From: Steroidobacteraceae bacterium
GTDB taxonomy: Bacteria > Pseudomonadota > Gammaproteobacteria > Steroidobacterales > Steroidobacteraceae
DNA length: 64,000 nucleotides
Reading direction: 5' to 3'
Assembly: GCA_036267535.1 (NCBI GenBank)
Contig: DATAVX010000105.1
Coordinates: 237 to 64,236, forward strand
Shown here: positions 51,106 through 60,852 of the stretch, piece by piece
Position numbering within the stretch: position 1 is the stretch's first letter
Layout: each line of letters starts with the position of its first letter
Notes under the pieces: generated by a model
What the model was told of the DNA's origin: nothing
What the model saw: the letters and a program-made list of their open reading frames with translations, nothing else
Database searches by the model: none
Position numbers and translations under genes: made by a program

Positions 51106-52242
51106 ATGAAAGCTGTGATTGCCGCCTACGCACGCTCTCCCCAAACCTTTGCCCGCAAGGGTCCGCTCGCCGCGGTGCGTCCCGATAGCCTTGCGGCGCA
51201 AGTCGTCAAAGGTCTCATCGAACGGACCGGGCTCGACCCCGCCTTGATCGAGGACGTGATCGTGGGCTGCGCCTATCCGGAAGGCCCTCAGGGCTCGAAC
51301 ATTGCGCGCATCGTGGTGCTGCTGGCGGGCCTGCCGCTGGAAGTCGGCGGCATGACGCTCAACCGCTTTTGCGGCTCGTCGATGTCTGCGATTCATATCG
51401 GCGTTGCGCAAATCGAAGCCGGCATCGGCGAGGCGTATCTTTGCGCCGGCGTCGAATCGATGAGCATGGTTCCGCAAGGGGGATTCAATCGGTCGCCGAA
51501 TCCGGAATTGTTGAGCCGCTTTCCGGATGCCTACATCAGCATGGGACAGACCGCGGAAAATGTCGCGAAACGCTACAACATTGCGCGGCACGATCAGGAA
51601 GTCATGGCCGTCGATTCGCATCGCAAGGCGGCGCAGGCGCGCGAGCAGGGACGGTTGCGCGACGAGATTGTGCCGATTCGGCTCGAATCCGGCGAACTGG
51701 TGTCCGAAGATGGGTGCATCCGCCCCTCCACGTCGCTCGAGGCGCTGGCGGCGCTGAAGCCGGTTTTTGCCGAAGACGGCGTGGTTACGGCGGGGACCTC
51801 CTCGCCGCTGACCGACGGCGCGTCGGCGGTTTTGGTCACGAGCGAGGAATTCGCGGCACGCCACGGTTTGCATCCGCTGGCGCGCATTCGCTCCGCGGCC
51901 ACCGTCGGTTGCGACCCAGCGGTGATGGGTATCGGGCCGATCCCGGCCGCCCGCAAGGCGTTGGCGCGTGCCGGCTTGAAGGTCGACGCGCTCGATGTGA
52001 TCGAGATCAACGAAGCCTTCGCCTCGCAGGCGCTCGCCTGCATCCGGGAACTAGGGCTTGATCCAGCCAGGGTCAATCTGGACGGCGGCGGTATGGCGCT
52101 CGGCCACCCCTTGGGCGCAACCGGCGCGCGCATCACCGGCAAAGCCGCCTCGCTGCTGGCGCGCACGCGCGGCCGCTACGCCCTCGCGACCCAGTGCATC
52201 GGCGGAGGTCAGGGCATTGCCACCGTCATCGAAACGCTTTAG
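51106..52242 (+). CDS. Acetyl-CoA C-acyltransferase (thiolase)
   Basis: The catalytic Cys lies in NRFCGSSM, the His in GHPLGATG, and the second Cys in QCIGGGQG. Confidence 0.9.
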   Translation: MKAVIAAYARSPQTFARKGPLAAVRPDSLAAQVVKGLIERTGLDPALIEDVIVGCAYPEGPQGSNIARIVVLLAGLPLEVGGMTLNRFCGSSMSAIHIGVAQIEAGIGEAYLCAGVESMSMVPQGGFNRSPNPELLSRFPDAYISMGQTAENVAKRYNIARHDQEVMAVDSHRKAAQAREQGRLRDEIVPIRLESGELVSEDGCIRPSTSLEALAALKPVFAEDGVVTAGTSSPLTDGASAVLVTSEEFAARHGLHPLARIRSAATVGCDPAVMGIGPIPAARKALARAGLKVDALDVIEINEAFASQALACIRELGLDPARVNLDGGGMALGHPLGATGARITGKAASLLARTRGRYALATQCIGGGQGIATVIETL

Positions 52243-53042
52243 AAATTTGCATCCAGCGTGATGCTCACCGGGCAGTGATCGCTGCCTAAAACCTTTGGAT
52301 GGATTTGCGCGCTCTTGACCGCATCGCGCAGCCTGGATGAGACCATGAGGTAGTCGATTCTCCATCCGACGTTGCGCGCCCGCGAGTTGGCGAAGTGACT
52401 CCACCATGAATAGTGCCCGTTTCCCTGCGTGAACAGTCTGAACGTGTCGACGAAGCCTGCGTCGATGATGGCCTGAAAGCCTGCACGTTCCTCGTCGGTG
52501 AACCCCTTCTTGCCTCGATTGGGCTTGGGATTCGCAAGATCAAGCTCGGTATGGGCGACATTGAGATCACCGCAAAATATGACGGGTTTGCTCTTTTCCA
52601 ATTGGCTGCAGTAGGCGAGGAATGCGGGATCCCAGTGTTTGTGCCGCAGCGCCAACCTGCTCAAGTCGTCTTTGGCATTCGGCGTATAGACGGTGACTAC
52701 GTAAAAATCGGCAAACTCCGCGGTGATGACCCGGCCTTCCTCCGCGCTGTCGCGTTTCAGCTCGTCGGCGAAGGTAAAACGCGTGGCAAATTCATTGGGG
52801 AATCCATTGATGATTTTCAGCGGTTCCTGCTTGGAAAAAATCGCCGTTCCCGAATAGCCTTTCTTCACCGCCGAATTCCAGTACTCGCGGTAATTGGGCA
52901 ACTCGATCTCAATTTGACCGCGTTCTGCCTTGGTCTCCTGCAGGCAGAGAATGTCGGGCTGGTGAGCCTCCAGAAATGACTGGAAGAGGCCCTTCTTGTG
53001 CACGGCGCGAATGCCGTTGACGTTCCATGAATAGATTTTCAT
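52239..53042 (-). CDS. xth: Exodeoxyribonuclease III
   Basis: MKIYSWNVNGIRA, LCLQETK and a C-terminal GSDHCPV are hallmark ExoIII/AP-endonuclease blocks. The start ATG overlaps the outer-membrane-factor stop (ATGA). Confidence 0.9.
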   Translation of the reverse strand: MKIYSWNVNGIRAVHKKGLFQSFLEAHQPDILCLQETKAERGQIEIELPNYREYWNSAVKKGYSGTAIFSKQEPLKIINGFPNEFATRFTFADELKRDSAEEGRVITAEFADFYVVTVYTPNAKDDLSRLALRHKHWDPAFLAYCSQLEKSKPVIFCGDLNVAHTELDLANPKPNRGKKGFTDEERAGFQAIIDAGFVDTFRLFTQGNGHYSWWSHFANSRARNVGWRIDYLMVSSRLRDAVKSAQIHPKVLGSDHCPVSITLDANF

Positions 53043-54448
53043 TTTCCCTCAGGAGCGGCCTGCCGGCCGGCGCCCAATGCCTTGTAAACGGCAATCAACG
53101 AGGTCGCCGCATCCGTCCGGCTCTGCGACAACAGCAACTCCGCGCTCAATGCCGTGCGTTCAGCATCGAGCACCTCCAGGAAGTCGATCAGGCCGCCCTC
53201 GAAGCGGCGGCGCGCAAGATCCGCGGCCTTGTCGCTTGCCGCGGCCGCCACCTGCAAGGCATCGCGCCTCGACTGTGCGCGGCCGTAGCTTATCAAAGCT
53301 CCCTCCGTATCCTCGAGCGCGCCGAGCACGGCGCCTTCGTAGGCCGCAAGCGCGGCATCGGTTTGCGCCTTGGCGGAGCTGATCCGCGCGCGCACGCGTC
53401 CCAGATCGAACGCAGCCCACGAAATGCTCGGCCCGACAGAAAAAAAGCGCGCCTCGCTCTGGCCGAAATCGCCGAACGTCGGTGCAAAATATCCAACCTG
53501 CCCCACCAGCGTGACTTTGGGAAATAGATCGCCCACCGCGACGCCGACTCGCGCCGTGGCCCCTGCAAGGCGCCGCTCCGCCGCGCGCACATCCGGCCGG
53601 CGCCGCAGCAATTGCTCCGGCGTACCAATCGCATTGAGCGGCGGCAACGCCGGCAGCGGCGCCGGCGAAGATAGCTTCGCGCTGAGGGCCGTGGGCTGAC
53701 GCCCGGTGAGCACGCTCAAGCGGTAGCTGGTGGTGGCGATCGTTGCCTGCAAGCTGGGGATGGACGCCACCGTCGTCTGCCATTGCGCTTCCGCGCGCGA
53801 GGTGTCCAATTCATTGCCCCTGCCCGCTTCCAGCCGCGTGCGCGTCAGCTTCAGTGAGCTGAACTGATTGTCTGCATTACGCTGCGTGAGCGCCAACTCG
53901 TCCTGCAAACCACGCAGAATGAAATAGTCGCGCGCGACTTCCGCGATGACGCTCACCCGCGCATCCTGCAGCGTTGCGGCGGCCGCGCCGACGTCGGCTC
54001 GAGCCGCCTCGACGTTGCGTCTCACCCGGCCGAACAGATCCAGTTCCCATAAGCCGTCGAATCCGCCTTGCGCCGCATCGAACTCCCGGTCGTGCATGTC
54101 GACGCCGGGCAATTGTTCCTGCGAATCCAAGTTGTGCGTATAGCCCGCCGCCAGATTGACCGTGGGATACTGGTCGAAGCCGGTCAGTCGGCGCGCCGCA
54201 CGCGACGCGCGCAAATTCGCTTCCGCGGCGCTCAAGTCCTTGTTGTGCGCCAGCGCATCTGCGATGAGGCCATCGAGTGCCGGGTCCGCGAAGCTGGTCC
54301 AATAGTGAGCGACCGCACCGCTCTCGGCGAATCCCGGCTCGGCCGCGTTGGCAAAGTGCGGATCCAGCGGTGTGTCCGGACGGCGGTAGTTCGGGCCCAC
54401 TGCGCATCCGCTGAGCAGAATCACCGCGGCGGCGGCCCAGTTACGCAC
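53039..54448 (-). CDS. RND efflux outer-membrane factor lipoprotein (NodT/OprM family)
   Basis: The lipobox is ILLSGCAVGPNY, and the two-repeat OEP architecture has the typical ...YPTVNLAAGY... and ...FPKVTLVGQVGY... blocks. Confidence 0.9.
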   Translation of the reverse strand: MRNWAAAAVILLSGCAVGPNYRRPDTPLDPHFANAAEPGFAESGAVAHYWTSFADPALDGLIADALAHNKDLSAAEANLRASRAARRLTGFDQYPTVNLAAGYTHNLDSQEQLPGVDMHDREFDAAQGGFDGLWELDLFGRVRRNVEAARADVGAAAATLQDARVSVIAEVARDYFILRGLQDELALTQRNADNQFSSLKLTRTRLEAGRGNELDTSRAEAQWQTTVASIPSLQATIATTSYRLSVLTGRQPTALSAKLSSPAPLPALPPLNAIGTPEQLLRRRPDVRAAERRLAGATARVGVAVGDLFPKVTLVGQVGYFAPTFGDFGQSEARFFSVGPSISWAAFDLGRVRARISSAKAQTDAALAAYEGAVLGALEDTEGALISYGRAQSRRDALQVAAAASDKAADLARRRFEGGLIDFLEVLDAERTALSAELLLSQSRTDAATSLIAVYKALGAGRQAAPEGK

Positions 54449-57400
54449 GCGGTGTCTCCTCGCCGGCGGACAGCGGCTGCAGGTAGTCGGGATGCTGCTT
54501 GCGCCGTGCCAGCCAGGACTCGATGGTCACGAAAAATACCGGGGTCAGGAACAGTCCGAACGAGGTTACGCCCAACATACCCGCAAACACCGCGATGCCG
54601 ATCGCCTGGCGCATTTCGCTGCCGGCACCGCTGGCGATTACCAGCGGAATCACGCCCATGATGAAGGCGAAGGAAGTCATGAGAATCGGCCTCAGCCGCA
54701 AACGGCACGCTTCGATCGCCGCCTCGACCGGCGCGAGGCCATGCTCGACGCGTGCGCGCGCGAACTCGACGATGAGAATGGCATTCTTGCAGGCCAGTCC
54801 CACCAAGACGATGAAGCCGATCTGAGTGAGCACGTTGTTGTCCGACCCTTTGAGCCACACGCCAACCATGGCCGATAAGAGACACATCGGCACGATGAGG
54901 ATTACGGCCAGCGGCAACGCCCAGCTCTCGTACTGCGCCGACAAAATCAAAAACACCAGCATGACGCAGATGGGAAAAACGATCAGCGCGGTATTTCCCG
55001 CCGTCTTTTGCTGGAAGGTCAAATCGGTCCATTCATAGCCGAAGCCATTCGGCAATGTTGTGTTGAGCACACGCTCCATGGCCGCCGTGGCCTGGCTCGA
55101 GGAGACGCCGGCGGCGGCTTGACCGTTGATGTCGGAGGCCAAATACACATTGTAGTGCGAGACGCGGTCGGAGCCTGCCTCGAAGCGGATGTCCGCCACC
55201 GCACCCATGGGCACCATATCGCCGCTGGCGTTGCGCATCTTCAAGTTGGCAATATCTTCGGGTTGATTGCGAAATTGCGCTTCCGCTTGCGCATAGACGC
55301 GATAGGTGCGTCCGAAGCGGTTGAAGTCGTTGATATAGACGGACCCCAGATAGGCCTGCAATGTATCGAACACCGAAGACAACGGAACGCCCTCGCGCTT
55401 GGCTTTGACCCGATCGACATCCGCGAACAGCTGCGGGACGCTGTTCTGAAAGGTCGTGTAGGTGGCGAAAGGATTCAACTCATGCTGCTGGCGGGCCTTG
55501 CTCAAGACCTCGGCGGTCACGCGCGCCAACTCGTCGTAACCATGCGCCGCACGGTCTTGCAGATAGAGCTTGAAACCGCCCGTGGTGCCCAGCCCCTGCA
55601 CCGGCGGCGGCGGCACGGCAAAAATGACGGCATCTTGGATGCTGGAGAACTTTTTGTTGAGCTCTTGAGCAATGGCAGCTGCCGATAAGCTCTTGCTGGT
55701 GCGGTCTCCGAAGGGTTTGAGCGGAAAGAACAGCACCGCCGCATTGCTCAAATTCACGAATCCCTGCACAGACAGCCCGGAAAATCCGATGACATGATCG
55801 ACACCGGGTGTCTCCTTGGCCAGCGCCGACATGCGCCGCACGACATTTTCGGTGCGATCCAGCGAGGCGGCATCGGGCAGCTGAACAATGCCGATGAGAT
55901 ACTGCTTGTCCTGCGCGGGAATGAAGCCGCCGGGTACCAGCCGAAACATGCCCCAGGTGCCGAACAACAAGGCTGCGAACACGCAGAGCACGGCGACTCG
56001 AATCGCGGTGAGCCGCCGCACGCCACGACCGTAGCGCTCCGAGCCGCGCTCGAAACCGCGGTTGAACACGCGGAAAAATCCGCCGAGCACCTTGTTGATG
56101 CCGCGCTGAAATGCGTCAGGTTGTGAGTTTCTCGGCTTGAGCAGCAGCGCCGCCAATGCCGGCGACAGCGTCAGCGAATTGAAGGTCGAAATGATGGTGC
56201 TGGCCGCGATGGTTATGCCGAACTGGCGGTAGAATTGGCCGGTCAGACCGGAAACAAATGCCACGGGAACGAATACCGCGCAGAGCACCAGAGCTATGGA
56301 AATGATGGGGCGCGTGACCTCGCCCATGGCGGCATGCGCCGCGGCGTGTGGATTCAATCCCTGCTCGATCTTGCGCTCGATATTCTCCACCACCACGATG
56401 GCATCGTCCACGACGATGCCGGTCGCCAGTACCAGGCCGAACAGCGTGAGCGAGTTGATGGTGAATCCGGCCAGCAGCAATGCCGCCAGGGTTCCGATAA
56501 TGGCGACCGGCACGGCAACTAACGGGATGACGCTGGCGCGCCAGGTCTGCAGAAACACCACGACGACCAACACGACGAGCAGCACGGCCTCGAACAAGGT
56601 GTGCACCACAGACTCGATCGAGCTGCGCACGAAAACGGTGGGGTCGTAGTCGATCTCGTAACTGACGCCCTCGGGGAAGCTCTTCGCGAGTTCCTTCATC
56701 TTGGCGCGCACCGCATCGGAGAGCTGCAGCGCGTTCGCGCCGGGCAATTGAAAAACTGGAATCGCAACCGCGGGGCCGCCGTCCAGCATGCTGCGCAATG
56801 CATAGTTATCCGGCCCCAGTTCGATCCGGGCGATGTCGCGCAGGTACGTCGTCTCGCCGTTGGCACCGCTCTTCACCACGATGTTTCCGAACTCTTGCTC
56901 GGTTTGCAGCCGCCCTTGAGCATTGACGATGTACTGGAACTGAGTTCCGGGCAGAGCCGGCTGCCCGCCGATTTGTCCCGCGGCGACCTGCACGTTCTGC
57001 TCGCGGACCGCCGCCAGCACCTCGTCGACGTCCATGTTGCGCGCGGCAATCTTTCCGGGATCGAGCCATAACCGCATGGCGTAATCGCCGGATCCAAAGA
57101 CGCGCACATCGCCCATGCCCGGAATTCGCGCCAACACATCCCGGATTTGAATCACGGCGTAATTGCGCAAGTACAACGAGTCATAACGGCCGTCGCCCGA
57201 CTTCAAGAACACCACCATGGTCAGGTCGGGCGAGCGTTTCTGGGTAACCAGGCCGATTTGCCGCACCACCTCCGGTAAGCGCGTGTCGGCCTGCGCCACG
57301 CGGTTCTGAGTCTGCACCTGCGCGATATCCAAATCGGTGCCCAGCTTGAAAGTCACGGTGATGGAAAAAGTGCCGTCCGGAGTGGCGGTGGAATTCGTGT

Positions 57401-57635
57401 AGATCGCGTTTTCCACACCGTTGATTTGCTGCTCGAGCGGCGTGATGACCGTTTCGGCGATGGTTTTCGGCGATGCTCCAGGATACTGGCCGCTGACCAC
57501 CACCGTTGGGGGAACGATTTCCGGATACTCGCTGATCGGCAGATTCGGCATGGCGAGCAAACCCGCAACCGTGATCAATATTGCCAGCACGGTGGCAAAT
57601 ATCGGCCGCTCGATGAAGAACGAAGATATGTTCAT
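54441..57635 (-). CDS. RND multidrug efflux permease (AcrB/MexB family)
   Basis: The 1064-aa MNISSFFIERPIFATVLAILI... sequence has 12-TM HAE1 architecture. Confidence 0.95.
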   Translation of the reverse strand: MNISSFFIERPIFATVLAILITVAGLLAMPNLPISEYPEIVPPTVVVSGQYPGASPKTIAETVITPLEQQINGVENAIYTNSTATPDGTFSITVTFKLGTDLDIAQVQTQNRVAQADTRLPEVVRQIGLVTQKRSPDLTMVVFLKSGDGRYDSLYLRNYAVIQIRDVLARIPGMGDVRVFGSGDYAMRLWLDPGKIAARNMDVDEVLAAVREQNVQVAAGQIGGQPALPGTQFQYIVNAQGRLQTEQEFGNIVVKSGANGETTYLRDIARIELGPDNYALRSMLDGGPAVAIPVFQLPGANALQLSDAVRAKMKELAKSFPEGVSYEIDYDPTVFVRSSIESVVHTLFEAVLLVVLVVVVFLQTWRASVIPLVAVPVAIIGTLAALLLAGFTINSLTLFGLVLATGIVVDDAIVVVENIERKIEQGLNPHAAAHAAMGEVTRPIISIALVLCAVFVPVAFVSGLTGQFYRQFGITIAASTIISTFNSLTLSPALAALLLKPRNSQPDAFQRGINKVLGGFFRVFNRGFERGSERYGRGVRRLTAIRVAVLCVFAALLFGTWGMFRLVPGGFIPAQDKQYLIGIVQLPDAASLDRTENVVRRMSALAKETPGVDHVIGFSGLSVQGFVNLSNAAVLFFPLKPFGDRTSKSLSAAAIAQELNKKFSSIQDAVIFAVPPPPVQGLGTTGGFKLYLQDRAAHGYDELARVTAEVLSKARQQHELNPFATYTTFQNSVPQLFADVDRVKAKREGVPLSSVFDTLQAYLGSVYINDFNRFGRTYRVYAQAEAQFRNQPEDIANLKMRNASGDMVPMGAVADIRFEAGSDRVSHYNVYLASDINGQAAAGVSSSQATAAMERVLNTTLPNGFGYEWTDLTFQQKTAGNTALIVFPICVMLVFLILSAQYESWALPLAVILIVPMCLLSAMVGVWLKGSDNNVLTQIGFIVLVGLACKNAILIVEFARARVEHGLAPVEAAIEACRLRLRPILMTSFAFIMGVIPLVIASGAGSEMRQAIGIAVFAGMLGVTSFGLFLTPVFFVTIESWLARRKQHPDYLQPLSAGEETPRA

Positions 57636-57644
57636 CGATCGGCT

Positions 57645-58841
57645 CTAGCTCGCGGCAACCGCACTATCGGCGCCCATGGTCACCCGTTGCGGTGCGACCG
57701 TGACTCCGGGATGCACGCGCTGCGCTCCGTTCACGACGATGACGTCGCCGGCTTTGAGACCCTCCTTCACCACCCGCAGACCATCGATCACGCGGCCGAG
57801 CTTGACCTTGCGGTACTCAATTTGGTTATTGGCGCCGAGCACCAGGACGTACTTCTGGCTTTGATCGGTATTGACGGCGCGATCGTCGATCAAGACCGCG
57901 GAATACACACCGCTGCCGAGCAGTTGCACGCGCGCAAACATGCCGGGCGTGAATTGCCCGTCCTTGTTCGGAAGGACCGCGCGAGCGCGAATGGTACCGG
58001 TCTGAGGATTTAATTGATTGTCGATGAAGTCCACCGTGCCGGCGTGCGGGAAGCCCTCCTCGTTGGCGAGGCCGACTTGCACCGGCCTGCCGGACTCCTG
58101 CGAGCCCGGACGCCCGCCGCTGCGTGCCATTTGCGTGTAGCGCAGATAGCTTTGCTCATCGGCATCGAAATACAGATAGATCGGATCCATCGACACCACC
58201 GATGTGAGCAAGGTGCCGCCATTGCTGCCGCCGGTGACCAAATTGCCGCGGGTTACTTCGGCGCGGCTGACGCGCCCATCGATGGGGCTTGTGACCTTGG
58301 TGAAATTCAGATTGAGCGAGGCCGCTTCGAGCGCGGCATCGGCGCCGGCGACGTCGGCTTCGGTTTGCGCCACCGCACTCTTACGTTGGTCCAATTCTTC
58401 CTGGGAAACCGCGCCGCTGTCCTTGAGCCGCTGCACGCGGGTCAATTCGATGCGGCCGAGGTCCAAGGCGGTCTTGGCGCGCTTGAGATCGGCGGCAGCA
58501 CGGTCGTACTCGGCCTGATAAGGTCGCGGATCGATGACGAACAGCAGCGTTCCACGCTTGACCAGGCTGCCCTCGGCGAAGGCCACCTTATCGATGTAGC
58601 CGGATACTCTCGGCCGTATCTCGACGGTCTCGACCGCCTGCAATCGCCCCGTGAATTCGTCCCAGTCTTTGACCGGCTTGACGAGCACCTGAGCCACGCT
58701 GACTTGGGGCGGTGGCGAAGCCTGGGGTCCGCCGGAATTGCCGCAGCCTGCGAGGAGCAACGATGCAAAAACAGCAATTCGATGATTGCACAACTTATTG
58801 TTCTTTAACACTTTTTTTGTCCCACATCCAAAAGACAGCAT
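57645..58841 (-). CDS. RND efflux periplasmic adaptor lipoprotein (AcrA/MexA family)
   Basis: The lipobox is SLLLAGCG, with typical hairpin and lipoyl blocks (RPRVSGYI..., ...TKVTSPIDGRVS...). The start is uncertain: ATG 58841, GTG 58811 and ATG 58880 are all possible. Confidence 0.85.
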   Translation of the reverse strand: MLSFGCGTKKVLKNNKLCNHRIAVFASLLLAGCGNSGGPQASPPPQVSVAQVLVKPVKDWDEFTGRLQAVETVEIRPRVSGYIDKVAFAEGSLVKRGTLLFVIDPRPYQAEYDRAAADLKRAKTALDLGRIELTRVQRLKDSGAVSQEELDQRKSAVAQTEADVAGADAALEAASLNLNFTKVTSPIDGRVSRAEVTRGNLVTGGSNGGTLLTSVVSMDPIYLYFDADEQSYLRYTQMARSGGRPGSQESGRPVQVGLANEEGFPHAGTVDFIDNQLNPQTGTIRARAVLPNKDGQFTPGMFARVQLLGSGVYSAVLIDDRAVNTDQSQKYVLVLGANNQIEYRKVKLGRVIDGLRVVKEGLKAGDVIVVNGAQRVHPGVTVAPQRVTMGADSAVAAS

Positions 58842-58933
58842 GGCCCGGCGAGTGCGGCCGGGGCGTCCCAGTCCCAGCACAAGTTAAACATAATGAGATG
58901 ACGCAGCGAAACCGTGATCGGCGACAGTTGTAC

Positions 58934-58952
58934 GGTATTGACAATCATTCGC
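58934..58952. promoter_or_regulatory. Candidate Fur box
   Basis: GGTATTGACAATCATTCGC matches the 19-bp Fur consensus GATAATGATAATCATTATC at 14 of 19 positions. It lies 22 nt upstream of the bfd ATG, in the 132-bp divergent region shared with the RND operon. Confidence 0.5.
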
Positions 58953-58973
58953 ATTCGCGTTCACAATAAGCCC

Positions 58974-59195
58974 ATGATCATTTGCCTATGCAAAGCCGTC
59001 TCAGACCGACAGATCCATAGCGCCGTTAAAGGCGGAGCAAGTTCGTTGCGCGATCTGACCCGCAATCTGGGGGTGGGAACCTGCTGCGGCAAGTGCCTGC
59101 CTGAGGCCAAATCGGCCTTAGCTTCTTCCCTGAAAGCATGCGACTCCTCGCGATCCGCGCTGTTCTCGTCCGCCGCCGCCGAATTCGCGGTTTAG
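58974..59195 (+). CDS. bfd: Bacterioferritin-associated ferredoxin (Bfd, [2Fe-2S])
   Basis: MIICLCKAVSDRQI...VGTCCGKC carries the four-Cys BFD-type pattern, and the gene lies immediately upstream of bfr. Confidence 0.85.
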   Translation: MIICLCKAVSDRQIHSAVKGGASSLRDLTRNLGVGTCCGKCLPEAKSALASSLKACDSSRSALFSSAAAEFAV

Positions 59196-59280
59196 CGGCC
59201 AATTCAAATTTCTTGCGGCTTGAGTTCGGGCTTACAATCCGGGCTTAAAATTCCCGTGCAAATCGAATGAGGGGCTAGCC

Positions 59281-59772
59281 GTGCAAGGTGACGCAAAAGT
59301 ATTGAATTTCCTCAATCAGGCGCTGAAAAACGAACTCACCTCGGTGAATCAATACTTCCTGCACGCACGCATGCTCGAGAACTGGGGCATGAAGCGGCTC
59401 GGGAAAATAGAGTACGAGGAATCCATCGATGAGATGAAGCACGCGGACCGCCTGGTCAAGCGGATTCTTTTTTTGGATGGGCTGCCGAACCTGCAGGATC
59501 TGGGCAAGCTGTTCATCGGCGAGCATGTCCAGGAGATACTGCAGTGCGACCTGCGTCGGGAAATGGAAGCGCACCCGATGTATACGACCGCCATCGGGCA
59601 CTGCGAGGCAGTCAAGGATTTCGTGACCCGCGATCTATTGGTGCACATCCAAAAAAGCGAGGAAGAGCACATCGACTTCATTGAAGAACAGCTTGGGTTG
59701 ATCGAAAAAATGGGGTTGCCGAACTACGTACAAAGCGCGGCCGGCGAATTGGAAGAAAATGGCGCCGGCTGA
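59281..59772 (+). CDS. bfr: Bacterioferritin
   Basis: The GTG start opens (M)QGDAKVLNFLNQALKNELTSVNQYFLHARMLENWG...ESIDEMKHAD. This includes the heme-ligand Met and the ferroxidase Glu/His pattern. Confidence 0.95.
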   Translation: MQGDAKVLNFLNQALKNELTSVNQYFLHARMLENWGMKRLGKIEYEESIDEMKHADRLVKRILFLDGLPNLQDLGKLFIGEHVQEILQCDLRREMEAHPMYTTAIGHCEAVKDFVTRDLLVHIQKSEEEHIDFIEEQLGLIEKMGLPNYVQSAAGELEENGAG

Positions 59773-59799
59773 CGCCGCGAGCCTTTTGCGGGAGCTTAC

Positions 59800-60798
59800 A
59801 TGCTAAAAAAAATACTGATCGGCCTGGTCGGGGTCGTGGTGCTGCTCGCTGTCATCGGGCTGATGCTGCCGCGTCACGTGACGGTGGCCCGCTCCGTCGC
59901 GATCAATAGACCCGCAAGCCTGGTCTATGCGACGGTAAATTCCTTCGTACTGTTCCCGAGATGGTCTCCCTGGCAGGATTTAGACCCCAACATGATCCAG
60001 AGCACGGAAGGCGCGCGCGACGGCGTGGGCGCCAGACTCGTCTGGAAGGGAAATGAAAAAGTCGGATCCGGGAGCCAGGTCATTACGGCATCCACACCCA
60101 ATAAAGCCGTGGCCAGCGATCTGGACTTCGGCGAGATGGGCGTGGCGAAGTCGCTGCTGACCTTGAGTCCCGACGGCGCCATGACCCGCGCTACCTGGAC
60201 TGTCGAGCTGGACATGGGAGCGAATCCCATCGGTCATTACATTGGTCTGACGATGGACAGCATGCTGGGCAAGGATTTCTCAACCGGACTCAACAGGCTA
60301 AAAATCTTGGTCGAAGGCATGCCGGACGCGGACATTGCGGCATTTACTGCGGAACCCATCCGACTCGCTGCGACACCCCTCTTGCTGGTCACGGAGACCG
60401 CACCGCCGGACGGAATTGGCAAAGCCTATACGGACGGCTTTGCGCAGATCGGCAAGTTCATGGTCAAGAACAAGCTCCACTCTGCCGGCCCACCTGTAGG
60501 AATTGACGCTGACATGACGGCCGGCACGTACAAATTCGATGCCGGTATTCCGGTGGATCGCGGCGACGTCGCCGGCGCGGACGGCGTGCGGGTCGCGCAA
60601 AGCTATGCCGGCAAGGCACTCAAAACCACGCACGTAGGCGCCTACCAGGATTTGCCGAAAACCCACGAGCAGCTGATCGCCTACATGGCGGCGCATGGCT
60701 TCAGAGCGAAAGGACCGATGTTCTCGTGGTATGTGGATGATCCGGGCAAAACGCCGGTCGAAAAGCTGCGCACCGAGATGTACGCGCCGATCGAGTGA
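59800..60798 (+). CDS. Membrane-anchored SRPBCC (polyketide-cyclase-like) plus GyrI-like effector-binding two-domain protein
   Basis: After an N-terminal TM helix the SRPBCC block reads VARSVAINRPASLVYATVNSF..FPRWSPW. The C-terminal half (...HVGAYQDLPKTHEQLIAYMAAHGF...PMFSWYVDDP) matches the GyrI-like pattern. Confidence 0.65.
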   Translation: MLKKILIGLVGVVVLLAVIGLMLPRHVTVARSVAINRPASLVYATVNSFVLFPRWSPWQDLDPNMIQSTEGARDGVGARLVWKGNEKVGSGSQVITASTPNKAVASDLDFGEMGVAKSLLTLSPDGAMTRATWTVELDMGANPIGHYIGLTMDSMLGKDFSTGLNRLKILVEGMPDADIAAFTAEPIRLAATPLLLVTETAPPDGIGKAYTDGFAQIGKFMVKNKLHSAGPPVGIDADMTAGTYKFDAGIPVDRGDVAGADGVRVAQSYAGKALKTTHVGAYQDLPKTHEQLIAYMAAHGFRAKGPMFSWYVDDPGKTPVEKLRTEMYAPIE

Positions 60799-60852
60799 CT
60801 GCGGCAATCGTATTAATGCACCTGCCCCGCACCCTGCGATTTGGGCAGCACG

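Noticed and set aside
59211-59239. Possible sigma-70 promoter for bfr (TTCTTG-17 nt-TACAAT).
   Set aside because: The -10 element is good but the -35 is weak. bfr may simply be co-transcribed with bfd. This is not enough support for a feature call.
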